64,000 bases of DNA, taken from the IMG/VR virus record IMGVR_UViG_3300034073_002120. One strand, written 5' to 3'. How positions within the stretch are numbered: position 1 is the stretch's first letter; each line of letters starts with the position of its first letter. This DNA comes from a virus (lineage: Duplodnaviria; Caudoviricetes). The translations under genes and the position numbers were made by a program. The notes below the pieces were generated by a model. The model was given only the letters and a program-made list of their open reading frames with translations, was not told the DNA's origin and did not search any database. This document shows positions 1-9,209 of the stretch, piece by piece.

Positions 1-684
1 CACTACTACTTTTTTATTTTTGAATTTACCCATTAAGACAGTATCACCAATATTGACATCCATCGTAATATCTTCATTTATTGATTCGCCTAACTTTGCT
101 AATTTAAGTGTAATGAATTTGTAGATTGTTTCATCAAATTTTGGATATGCTTTTAAGAAATTTTTTCTCTTTTCATCATCACTACCTTTACTTAACCAAT
201 TACGAACATCAGTTCCACTAACTGCGTTTGGTTGAGCAGGTGAAGCATAAACGTATCCTTTATCTTTATACCCAAATTCAATTTTACCTTTATATTTTTC
301 AAAGTATTTACCACCCAAACGTTGTTTGTCTTTTTCACCAACAACAGTTATAAATCCAGTTGTAGTTTCATCGAAATTTTTAAGTATTTCAGTAGGAGCA
401 TAAGGATTCTTAACCTCAACTATTTTGTTTGATGGAATACCAAACATTTTAGTCATTATGGTTTTCTTTTCCTTAAAATTAAATGGTGATTTTTGATTAT
501 CGGTTTTATTAGATGTACCGATATACACTCTATCCTTACCAAACTTTTTTACAAGTCCTTGATAAGTTGCAAGGTGACCTTTGTGAAATGGTTGAAATCT
601 ACCTGAATATACTACAACAAAATCTTTTAACTCCTCTTCGGTTAAAAGTATTTGTTCCATCAGATATTTACTTAATTCATTCAT
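1..684 (-). CDS. HxGH nucleotidyltransferase (cytidylyltransferase-like), 3' end outside window
   Basis: Not in the ORF track. Manual translation from ATG at 684: MNELSKYLMEQILLTEEELKDFVVVYSGRFQPFHKGHLATY...VVGEKD...VSGTDVR; GRFQPFHKGH is the HxGH motif. Frame stays open to position 1. Confidence 0.8.
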   Translation of the reverse strand, partial: MNELSKYLMEQILLTEEELKDFVVVYSGRFQPFHKGHLATYQGLVKKFGKDRVYIGTSNKTDNQKSPFNFKEKKTIMTKMFGIPSNKIVEVKNPYAPTEILKNFDETTTGFITVVGEKDKQRLGGKYFEKYKGKIEFGYKDKGYVYASPAQPNAVSGTDVRNWLSKGSDDEKRKNFLKAYPKFDETIYKFITLKLAKLGESINEDITMDVNIGDTVLMGKFKNKKVVV

Positions 685-706
685 AATTTACTGCTCTATC
701 TTAGTA

Positions 707-714
707 TATAAATA
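707..714 (-). promoter_or_regulatory. TATTTATA candidate phage late promoter
   Basis: Recurring intergenic motif, here 22 nt upstream of the ATG at 684. Confidence 0.45.
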
Positions 715-729
715 TGAATGTTTTCATAA

Positions 730-858
730 TTAGTGATTTTTGTAAACGAATGGGTCTCTCTTACGCAATTCTTCTAATTTCTTTTTATAAATTTCCATTT
801 GTTTCTTTTTGTTTCGTTTTTTCTTAAAATACTCAACAATTTTTTTAAATAAGTTCAT
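730..858 (-). CDS. small basic hypothetical protein (42 aa)
   Basis: MNLFKKIVEYFKKKRNKKKQ...LEELRKRDPFVYKNH. ATG at 858 overlaps the upstream stop and is preferred over the 963 start in the track. Confidence 0.55.
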   Translation of the reverse strand: MNLFKKIVEYFKKKRNKKKQMEIYKKKLEELRKRDPFVYKNH

Positions 859-1537
859 TTTTTCTATTTGGGTCTTTAAAGTAAATTCTATACACATATC
901 TATTCCAATTTTCAATTTTAGTAACCGAATGGGATATTCCTGGTGTATTATAATATGAATCAAAAATTACTAATTGATTTTTTTTCGGTTTATAGGTATA
1001 AATAATATTTTTACCGGTTTCATCATCATAAAAAAGAACATCACCGCCAATATCACCCTCTTGCATATCAGTACAATATAAAACTGCAGTACATAATCTA
1101 CTATTACCAGGTGATGTATCGGAATGAATTCTCATTAAATAACCAGGACCATATTCGATTACCGATTGATATTCTATTTCTATGTTGTTATTATTATAAA
1201 TCTCTTTAATGAGATTATGTATATTTTTTGTTATTGTTTCTCGTGTTTGATTACTTAACATTATATCAGAATCACGTCTTAATAATTCATAATCTGTATC
1301 TATATCATAATTTTTATGAAACATTTCTTTTTCAATATCAGTAAAATCTTTATAAAATTTTTGATAAATACCGAAAGTTGTATTTGTTATATTGTTTGTT
1401 ACTGCAAATCTAACTGATTGATTTCCTTCACTTTTTTGGTCTATTATTTCATTAGTAATAGTATCAAATATATTTGTATCTATGACATCATCATAGATAA
1501 AAAATCTTTTAGCAGTATCTTCATATATTTTTATCAT
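845..1537 (-). CDS. 2OG-Fe(II) oxygenase (prolyl-hydroxylase-like)
   Basis: YGPGYLMRIHSD (HxD), CTAVLY, GGDVLF, NQLVIF, HSVTK...R distal His/Arg. Confidence 0.8.
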   Translation of the reverse strand: MIKIYEDTAKRFFIYDDVIDTNIFDTITNEIIDQKSEGNQSVRFAVTNNITNTTFGIYQKFYKDFTDIEKEMFHKNYDIDTDYELLRRDSDIMLSNQTRETITKNIHNLIKEIYNNNNIEIEYQSVIEYGPGYLMRIHSDTSPGNSRLCTAVLYCTDMQEGDIGGDVLFYDDETGKNIIYTYKPKKNQLVIFDSYYNTPGISHSVTKIENWNRYVYRIYFKDPNRKNELI

Positions 1538-2985
1538 AATAAATGTATTTCTTCATTATTGTTAATAATTTTATTAAGATTTTTCATATAAATATCAGCT
1601 ACATATTCATCAGTATATTTTAATAAATGATTTCTATTATACTCTAATATATGAAACATTTGTTTCATCATTTCATCCCATTCTTCGGTTGATTTAGTTA
1701 TTAGTGTTTTTATCAATTCATATACTTTAATAATTCTATCACTATTATTTTCAATATCATCATAACTTTCATCCCAAAAATCACTAAATGTTTTAAATCC
1801 ATAATTTTTAAGAGTTTTAAGAATACCAGGTCTACCTACTAATACAAATGGATGTAAATGAGCTATTGGTTTTAATGTTTTTTCTGAAATATATGTTCCC
1901 ATTTCATAAAATAACGTTTCTGCTACAATACTAAAATATGTTTTTTCATATATATCTTTTGTTTCAAACGCAAATCCCCATACTGAATCTAAATCATCAT
2001 AATCTACAACTCTCTTTTTTATTTTTGTTAAATTATGAAACCCCGTACTCATTTTATTTTTATAATGTTGTGGTTCTATATATGGGTTTCCATCATATCC
2101 ACCACCATTAACCAAATCCAATCCCGCATCTGGTGTATATAACATTTCTCCCATATCAAACGATGAAAGAGTATTATTTAATAACCCATCATTTTGTAAT
2201 AAAGATAAAATAACCAATCGATGTGGTCGTAATCTACGATTTAACATCAATGCTTTCTTTTCCCTATTTTTTAATTCAAGTAAATCATTTGTTTTTGTAA
2301 TTGAATTTATATTAGTATGACCGTTAAAATTCATTTCACTTACATCGTTCAATAAATCACGAGTTTCTTTACTTTTAGCAAATATTGGCCATGGATAACA
2401 AGTTGTTTTTAATAAATTTTCTGGATTATTAGTTTTTACATAATAATTTTTATACAATTCAGTAGTATTTGCAGATGCTGTGATTATCAATATCTTAGAT
2501 GGGTTTATATCTAATCTATCACAAGTTTTATGAATATTATCAAATAGTTCTGGTTTAATATCACCCTCACTACTATAATCAAATATTAAAAAAAAGTTTT
2601 TGGCCTTTAAATTTTCTTTTGCACGAGCTGATATGAAATCAAACGTATGTTTATTTTGATGATATGTAAAATCATCGCCAGTTGATACTAATAAATTTCC
2701 GAATGGTGCGATTGTGTAATAATAGACATCTGATGGGTTTCCTATTGTGTTAGTATTATCATCATATTGTAAATCATTTATATGATGGTCTTTTATACAC
2801 ATATCACCAATATTTAAATAACAATCATATACTGCTATTTGTAAATATTTTTTTGAAAACGCAGTAATAAAATCATTATCAATAAAAAAATTATTATCCC
2901 ACAAATCACTTGTAAAATTATAATTCAATCCATTTGGAATAAATCCACTTGGACCTAAAAAATCAAAAACTCTATGTATTTGCAT
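1534..2985 (-). CDS. putative glycosyltransferase, GT10-like paralog family (copy 1)
   Basis: KALMLNRRLRPHR and FSIVAET...YISEKTLKPI...PFVLVG...GFKTFSDFWDESYD, shared with 3 other ORFs. Likely start MQIH at 2985 (track: 3027). Confidence 0.55.
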   Translation of the reverse strand: MQIHRVFDFLGPSGFIPNGLNYNFTSDLWDNNFFIDNDFITAFSKKYLQIAVYDCYLNIGDMCIKDHHINDLQYDDNTNTIGNPSDVYYYTIAPFGNLLVSTGDDFTYHQNKHTFDFISARAKENLKAKNFFLIFDYSSEGDIKPELFDNIHKTCDRLDINPSKILIITASANTTELYKNYYVKTNNPENLLKTTCYPWPIFAKSKETRDLLNDVSEMNFNGHTNINSITKTNDLLELKNREKKALMLNRRLRPHRLVILSLLQNDGLLNNTLSSFDMGEMLYTPDAGLDLVNGGGYDGNPYIEPQHYKNKMSTGFHNLTKIKKRVVDYDDLDSVWGFAFETKDIYEKTYFSIVAETLFYEMGTYISEKTLKPIAHLHPFVLVGRPGILKTLKNYGFKTFSDFWDESYDDIENNSDRIIKVYELIKTLITKSTEEWDEMMKQMFHILEYNRNHLLKYTDEYVADIYMKNLNKIINNNEEIHLL

Positions 2986-3523
2986 AATATAATTCAGGAT
3001 ATTCAACCAATAGATGAATACCAACATTTTCTATTGCATATTTATAACTTAACTCAACATCTTGCCAAGTTTTTAAATCATGGAATTCAATATTTGGACA
3101 CATTGATTTAAATTGCTCAGTATAATTCCCTTTATGTTGATGACCTGGGTCTAATGGTTTATCAGAACCTTTACCAACTCTAATTAGGATATGTGGATTC
3201 CAAGTACCATCTGACATTAATCCGATTTTATCTAAATGATTCACAAGTTGATTAGTTGCACATATTAAAAAATCCCAACGTGGATAAAAACTTACTACTT
3301 TATGGCCATTCATAGCCAATCCTAAACTCATTCCCATTTGAGTTTCTTCCATAACAGGAACTTCAATCATTTTTTCTTTTGGTAATCCTTCAATAGTCTT
3401 TGACATTGGATTTCCATAATATACAATTTGTTGTCCTATAAAAATAGTAGATTCATCTTCCATTATAGTCTTCATAGCACTTGTCAATGCATCTACATAT
3501 GGTGTAAATTGTGGTGAACTCAT
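2972..3523 (-). CDS. TPP enzyme beta subunit (transketolase/E1-beta pyrimidine-binding domain only)
   Basis: FIGQ, PVMEETQMGMSLGLAMNG, NQLVNH, GHQH; 183 aa with no C-terminal domain. Confidence 0.8.
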   Translation of the reverse strand: MSSPQFTPYVDALTSAMKTIMEDESTIFIGQQIVYYGNPMSKTIEGLPKEKMIEVPVMEETQMGMSLGLAMNGHKVVSFYPRWDFLICATNQLVNHLDKIGLMSDGTWNPHILIRVGKGSDKPLDPGHQHKGNYTEQFKSMCPNIEFHDLKTWQDVELSYKYAIENVGIHLLVEYPELYYANT

Positions 3524-3526
3524 AAC

Positions 3527-4519
3527 TTATGGTTTTGAATTTGGATTATATTCGTTTTTATGTTCTTTATACCATTCGATGGTTTCTTTCAATGCCTGTT
3601 TTAAATCTCTTTTTGGTTTCCAACCTGCATCGTTTATTTTTTTAGATGAAAGTAATCTAACCGGAATCATCGGTGCCTTATTATTTACAAATTCGATTGG
3701 ATTAGTGTTTCCTTCAATTTCCTTAATCCACCCTAACACTTCATTAACACTATAACCCTTTCCATAAGCAACATTAAAAATATTGTATGTATCGTTGTTC
3801 TCAGCAACCCAAATAAATCCATCGGCCATATCTTCTACGTGCAATAAATCTCTGATTTCAGAACCATCGCCCCATACCGGAATTGGATTTAAATTATCTG
3901 CTACTTTACGAATGTTTGCGGGTGTAACATGACACTTTTCAAAATCAAATTTATCATTTGGTCCGAATGCGTTTGAAGGTCTAACAATTAAACATTGCAT
4001 TGGATTGTGAATTTGATGTGAAAAATAATCACAAAGTAATTCACCATATCTTTTCATATTACCAACTGCTCCATATATTGGGAATGTAGGTGTTGCATGA
4101 ACATTTATATCTTCCGTACAAAACTCATCCTTCATATCTGGATAAACTGTATTAGATGAAATGAATAAGAATTTCGTAACCCCATTTCTCCAACTTTGTT
4201 CCATCAAATTTACATTCATTTCTACATTTGGAGTAACGTGTAATAGAGGATTTTCTTTTGTATCTAATGCATTTGATGTATTTGCTGCACAATGAAATAC
4301 TACATCTACACCTTCGGAAACTTCTGCACAAAACTTTGCATCTTGTAAATTTCCTTTATAAAACGCAACATCAGATGTTCCTACGAAATCGTTTCTTAAA
4401 TTTCTACTATGAGATGTTGCTCGTAGGTTTCTATAACCTTTCTCCCATAATAATCTTAATAGATGTGAACCAATAAATCCACTTGCACCAGTAACTAAAA
4501 TCTTATCCGTTTTTTTCAT
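3527..4519 (-). CDS. NAD-dependent NDP-sugar epimerase/reductase (GDP-fucose synthase-like extended SDR)
   Basis: TGASGFIG, FHCAA, FISS, RPSNAFGPND, VWGDGSEIRDLLHVED. Confidence 0.85.
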   Translation of the reverse strand: MKKTDKILVTGASGFIGSHLLRLLWEKGYRNLRATSHSRNLRNDFVGTSDVAFYKGNLQDAKFCAEVSEGVDVVFHCAANTSNALDTKENPLLHVTPNVEMNVNLMEQSWRNGVTKFLFISSNTVYPDMKDEFCTEDINVHATPTFPIYGAVGNMKRYGELLCDYFSHQIHNPMQCLIVRPSNAFGPNDKFDFEKCHVTPANIRKVADNLNPIPVWGDGSEIRDLLHVEDMADGFIWVAENNDTYNIFNVAYGKGYSVNEVLGWIKEIEGNTNPIEFVNNKAPMIPVRLLSSKKINDAGWKPKRDLKQALKETIEWYKEHKNEYNPNSKP

Positions 4520-4522
4520 AAC

Positions 4523-5488
4523 TTATTTTTTGTATTCGTTTAAATAATAATCTATCGTATGTTTCAATCCTGTCTTTAAGGATATTTTTTGTTTGATTCC
4601 AAATGATTCTGCACGTTCCGTACTCATCAATCGCTTCTCATCTCCATTTGGTTTAGTTGGGTCCCATTCAATTTGAACTTTAACTCCGTACATTTCTTCA
4701 TAGATTTCTACAAGAGTTTCTGCAAGTTCTTTGATTGTTACTCCAGTTCCACTACCTAAATTTATTGGTTGCGTAATACCTTGTTCGTATGCTTGAATAA
4801 TTCCATCTGCAACATCACCTGCATAGATAAAATCTCTAATAGGTGAACCATCTCCCCAACACACTAATGGATGTTCTTTCTCACCAAATAATCGTTTAAT
4901 TAAAGATGCGATGACGGTAGATTCTGGACCGAAATTATCATGTCTACCATAAATGTTTGCAGGTCTTACAATTGATGCTTTATTCCAATCATATGATACT
5001 GAATATACTTCTGCTTGAAGTTCTCCAAGTCTTTTTGCCCAACCTGCGTATTTATCTTTTTCTGATGGGAAGGTTTTCCAAACATCATCTTCGTAAAATA
5101 CTTCCGCCGGTTGATATACTCCAACTGTCGATGTGTAAACATACCATTCTACATTTTCTAAACGTGCAGCTTCCATCATATTGGTATTAAACTGCAACAT
5201 CGGTACAAAATAATCTGCAGGTTGTTCTGCTGCTCTTTTTGGAGAACCCTTTACACCTGCAATGTGGAAAATAACATCTTGTCCTTCCACTACTCTTTTA
5301 CAATTTTTGAATTCTCTTAAATCAGCTTTAATAAACTGATAATCACTCTCTTTGTATTTTTCTAATTGATTTAATGGTTCTACAATATCTACGGCGGTTA
5401 CGATTGCACCTCTTTGTAAACATTTTTCTACCATATAATTACCAACCAATCCGTTGGCACCCGTTATCAAAACCTTTTTACCATTCAT
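4523..5488 (-). CDS. NAD-dependent NDP-sugar epimerase/reductase (GDP-fucose synthase-like extended SDR)
   Basis: TGANGLVG, FHIAG, YTSTVGVY, RPANIYGRHDNF, WGDGSPIRDFIY. Confidence 0.85.
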   Translation of the reverse strand: MNGKKVLITGANGLVGNYMVEKCLQRGAIVTAVDIVEPLNQLEKYKESDYQFIKADLREFKNCKRVVEGQDVIFHIAGVKGSPKRAAEQPADYFVPMLQFNTNMMEAARLENVEWYVYTSTVGVYQPAEVFYEDDVWKTFPSEKDKYAGWAKRLGELQAEVYSVSYDWNKASIVRPANIYGRHDNFGPESTVIASLIKRLFGEKEHPLVCWGDGSPIRDFIYAGDVADGIIQAYEQGITQPINLGSGTGVTIKELAETLVEIYEEMYGVKVQIEWDPTKPNGDEKRLMSTERAESFGIKQKISLKTGLKHTIDYYLNEYKK

Positions 5489-6620
5489 TTTCTATTGTTT
5501 TTAATATTTTATCTAAACTATCAATTTCCATCGAATCAAATAGTTGTTTATTATATATACATATATGTTTTACATTTTTATATAATTCATTTAACTCTTC
5601 GATTGGTTTTGAATTAAATTCTTTTACAATTTTCAATATACTGAAAAATCGTTCTTTAGGGTCTACAATCAAATCATAACTTTCATCCCAAAATTCATTA
5701 AATGTTTTAAATCCATATGAACGTAATTTTTCTAAATATCCATATGGTCCAAATACAATAAATGGTTGGTAGTTAATTATAGGTTTTAATATTTTCTCTG
5801 AAATAAATAATTCATTTAAATCATAAGATGTTTCGGTTACTAAATGTATACAAGAATTTAAAAATAATTCTTTTTTAAATGTATTGGTTACACTAAAATT
5901 AGATTTATCTTTTATGTTGAATGTATCTAATTCAATTGGTAAGTGTTTATTAAAAAATTCAATTGGTATTTTTTTATCATCTAACTGGTATATTAATGAA
6001 TATCCTTCGGTTTTCAATAAAAATGTAAAATATGAATCTGAATAATCGTTTGTAAGATATTCATAAAATAATGATATTCTATGAGGTTTATCGTTATTAC
6101 GATTAAAACATAAAAATTTTTTATTCCTAAATACGTCTAATTCAGATATTTCAATTTCTTCACTAACATATCCTAACGAATTTTTATCACTAATAAAATT
6201 ATCGTTTTTATGCCAAATAGCTTCTTCTAAGAAAAAATCAAAAGTAAATATATTAGGTAAACGAGTATTACTATCTAATAAATAATATTTGTTTTTTGGT
6301 AATTTTGTTTGAATATAATCATATCCAAGTTCAAATGTGGGTTCATTGCATGGGTCTGGCATGCTTGTAAACAACATTTTTACATCATTTGTTTTTATGT
6401 AATCAAATATACTATCTGGTATATGTAATAAACTTTCAAATTTATGATTTGATTCTATTAATAATATATTTTTTTTGGTTTCATCCAACTTACCATCTAA
6501 AGTATAAGAGTATTTTTTTTCTATAATATAATTAAAAATTGGGCCTTGTTGTGAGTAACGCTCATCTCCATTATAATCTAATGAATTTTTTAAAAATACA
6601 AAATTTAAATTGTCGTTCAT
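5478..6620 (-). CDS. putative glycosyltransferase, GT10-like paralog family (copy 2)
   Basis: KFLCFNRNNDKPHR; IHLVTETS...FISEKILKPI...PFIVFG...GFKTFNEFWDESYD. Confidence 0.55.
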   Translation of the reverse strand: MNDNLNFVFLKNSLDYNGDERYSQQGPIFNYIIEKKYSYTLDGKLDETKKNILLIESNHKFESLLHIPDSIFDYIKTNDVKMLFTSMPDPCNEPTFELGYDYIQTKLPKNKYYLLDSNTRLPNIFTFDFFLEEAIWHKNDNFISDKNSLGYVSEEIEISELDVFRNKKFLCFNRNNDKPHRISLFYEYLTNDYSDSYFTFLLKTEGYSLIYQLDDKKIPIEFFNKHLPIELDTFNIKDKSNFSVTNTFKKELFLNSCIHLVTETSYDLNELFISEKILKPIINYQPFIVFGPYGYLEKLRSYGFKTFNEFWDESYDLIVDPKERFFSILKIVKEFNSKPIEELNELYKNVKHICIYNKQLFDSMEIDSLDKILKTIENEW

Positions 6621-7576
6621 TATCTTCTGTCTATTTTTTTTGTACTATTTCTAACAAATTTATTTTCATGTTTAAAACTATCAAATAATGATTCATTTTG
6701 AACATATCCCTTTTCACACATCTTATCAAACATAAAATCACCAAATTCTATTTGTGGAGAATATAAGTGTAGGAGTGAAATATTTAGTTTTATATATTGT
6801 TTTATTCCATCTATTATAGATTGTTTATCTCTAAAATCTGATTCAGTAATTTCCCAATCAGCATTAATAAATTTACCATTCACTAAATCAATATATGTTC
6901 CAACTTTATCTACAAAAATAGATTCAAAAAATATTATATTATCTTTAAATGTTGATTCATAAAATGGATATAATCCTTTTGCATCTTCTATTGGTAAATT
7001 ACCCTTATATGTAAAATATCTTCCTTTGAATTTATAACCATAAACCTTTTCCAAATAATATTGTGTTGTTCCTTGAAATCCACTATCTACCATTATGATA
7101 TTTTTCGCAGAACCAATTACATCATCTATATATTTTTTATACTCAATTCTAAGTTCATTTGATTTGATAATAATCGTTTCAATCCATTCACTTAAATTCG
7201 GTAATTCCTTTGTTGTATCAATCCACTGTTTTGTAGTGTTTACTTTTACACCAAATCTATCAAATAATAAATCATTAATATCACCCTCATACCTATGTAG
7301 TTTAAATGAAGCATATATTTCAGTTTCCGTTGTAAATGAAATCATCGATGCTAATTTACGAGAAGTTTTGAAATATACACTCTTTGGTAAATCGTATTTA
7401 TCTCTATAAATTTCCCAAATATCTTTTAGAAAATATCCTTCTCGTGAATTAAATAAAACTAAATCGACATCATTTAGATTATCAATTAACCATTTAAAGT
7501 AATTGAATACCAAAGGGCCAATATATGTTGAACCTAATTCTTCTAATGTTTGAGGATTTCTATTAATCAATAACAT
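6620..7576 (-). CDS. putative glycan phosphoribosyltransferase (gPRT-like)
   Basis: LFNSREGYFLK, YFKTSR and IMVDSGFQGTTQ, resembling the PRPP-binding loop of ribofuranosyltransferase PRT domains. Confidence 0.55.
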   Translation of the reverse strand: MLLINRNPQTLEELGSTYIGPLVFNYFKWLIDNLNDVDLVLFNSREGYFLKDIWEIYRDKYDLPKSVYFKTSRKLASMISFTTETEIYASFKLHRYEGDINDLLFDRFGVKVNTTKQWIDTTKELPNLSEWIETIIIKSNELRIEYKKYIDDVIGSAKNIIMVDSGFQGTTQYYLEKVYGYKFKGRYFTYKGNLPIEDAKGLYPFYESTFKDNIIFFESIFVDKVGTYIDLVNGKFINADWEITESDFRDKQSIIDGIKQYIKLNISLLHLYSPQIEFGDFMFDKMCEKGYVQNESLFDSFKHENKFVRNSTKKIDRR

Positions 7577-8003
7577 AAACTTTAAAACAAGGTATTCCTA
7601 ATTCAACCCACATATCGATTATTCGTTGGTCATCATCGTATGCACAAAATACATCTGATTTAATGTGCGTTTTATACATCTTCTTTTTGTAGATTGGTGC
7701 TTTTAAAAAATTATCTTCCCAACTTCGCATAATTAATTGGTCATATTCTATATCATATTTTTTTAACCATTCAATCGTAACTCCTCTAACTGACTCCGGT
7801 CGACCTGTAAGTAGTATAACCTCAAAACCATCTTTCTTATATCTTTTTGCTAAATCAATCATAGGATAAAATGGGTCATCCATCAAAATATTATTAGGAA
7901 TATGTGCTGCTTCCCAATCTATTTTTCCATTTGGCATTGTTGCTAGAGCAAATCGTATGTTACTATTACATAATGTATTATCTATATCAATTATTACTTT
8001 CAT
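7563..8003 (-). CDS. HAD-superfamily phosphatase (PNKP-phosphatase-like)
   Basis: IIDIDNT (DxDxT), LLTGR, K and YDD motifs. Confidence 0.8.
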   Translation of the reverse strand: MKVIIDIDNTLCNSNIRFALATMPNGKIDWEAAHIPNNILMDDPFYPMIDLAKRYKKDGFEVILLTGRPESVRGVTIEWLKKYDIEYDQLIMRSWEDNFLKAPIYKKKMYKTHIKSDVFCAYDDDQRIIDMWVELGIPCFKVYVID

Positions 8004-9205
8004 AAATCTCGTATTCCCTGTTTTTCATACCCAACTGGTATTTTAATTCCAGTATTACACCCATTACAATTATCACAAAATGTAATATATCCTAAATTTG
8101 TATATCCCAAATCAAACTTTAATAATTCCTCTTTTGAAATTTTGTTTATATCCACATAATCATTTTCACTTAATGGAAATAACTTTGTTCTAACGGCCGA
8201 AGTGTTTAGATGACAATAATAAAACTTACCATCGTTCAATCCTCTAAATGGTGCGGTGCATGAATCAAAGTGTTTTATCAATTTATCAGTTGGTAAGTTT
8301 TTCTTAACTCTCAAATCACCAAAATCATACCATTCAATTTGGTTTCTAACATAATGATTAATATTGTTTTCTTTATATGAATCCAATACTTTTACAACCT
8401 TTTTCTTTATATGGTCTAACTTATCACTATAATCACTAACACTCAAAATAACATCATTATCTTTTAACAATTGAATGATACTATCTTTTGGTAAAATTGT
8501 GCCGTTTGTAGTGATTATTAGTTTATCAATTTTAGTTATGTAGTTTTCTAATAGGTGTTTAATTACATTTTCTATATTTGGATACAAAAATGGTTCTCCA
8601 CCAACTAAATGAAATACACTTACATAATCTACAATTTTAAAATAAGAATCTATATCAGAAATTATAGTGTCCAACTCTCTATGAATTGGAAATTCGTAAT
8701 GTGGCATGAACATATTGCAATGAGAACAATTCAAACTACACTTTTCAGTAACCAACATATCGGATTGAAATATATGAACTATATTTTTATGTTTATATGG
8801 CCAAATTGAAGCTATATTCTTATACCAAGTCCATTTTACACCATTTTCTTCTAAAAATTGTTTATATTTTTGTTTATAAACATCGGTTGTTATAATAACT
8901 TGCGTATTTGATGTAATTTCGAAATCATCTATGTGAATTAGTTGAATATTCTCTCTTTTTATCTCAATATTTTTTGATTGGTGATAAAATGAACTGATTT
9001 CGTTGATGTTATTTAACGTAGTTTGATTTTTTACATCATGGTCAACTATATATTTGATTTTTAATACGTTTTCGCCTAATAGTAAATCAATAGTTCTGAT
9101 GAATTGAATGCATTCTTTACTTGCACCAAATAAAACATATTCAGTATCTAAGTTCCAATCTGAAATGAACTTATCAAAACTATGTAACTCATCATTATAT
9201 AACAT
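8000..9205 (-). CDS. radical SAM protein with N-terminal Rossmann-like segment
   Basis: CSLNCSHC, GGEPFLYP, ITTNGT, C-terminal Cys cluster (C...YYC...CDNC). Confidence 0.85.
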   Translation of the reverse strand: MLYNDELHSFDKFISDWNLDTEYVLFGASKECIQFIRTIDLLLGENVLKIKYIVDHDVKNQTTLNNINEISSFYHQSKNIEIKRENIQLIHIDDFEITSNTQVIITTDVYKQKYKQFLEENGVKWTWYKNIASIWPYKHKNIVHIFQSDMLVTEKCSLNCSHCNMFMPHYEFPIHRELDTIISDIDSYFKIVDYVSVFHLVGGEPFLYPNIENVIKHLLENYITKIDKLIITTNGTILPKDSIIQLLKDNDVILSVSDYSDKLDHIKKKVVKVLDSYKENNINHYVRNQIEWYDFGDLRVKKNLPTDKLIKHFDSCTAPFRGLNDGKFYYCHLNTSAVRTKLFPLSENDYVDINKISKEELLKFDLGYTNLGYITFCDNCNGCNTGIKIPVGYEKQGIRDL

Positions 9206-9209
9206 ATTG

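Noticed and set aside
730-858. Small basic ORFs (730..858, 55361..55459) as phage ribosomal protein bS21
   Set aside because: Too short and lacking a recognisable bS21 pattern.
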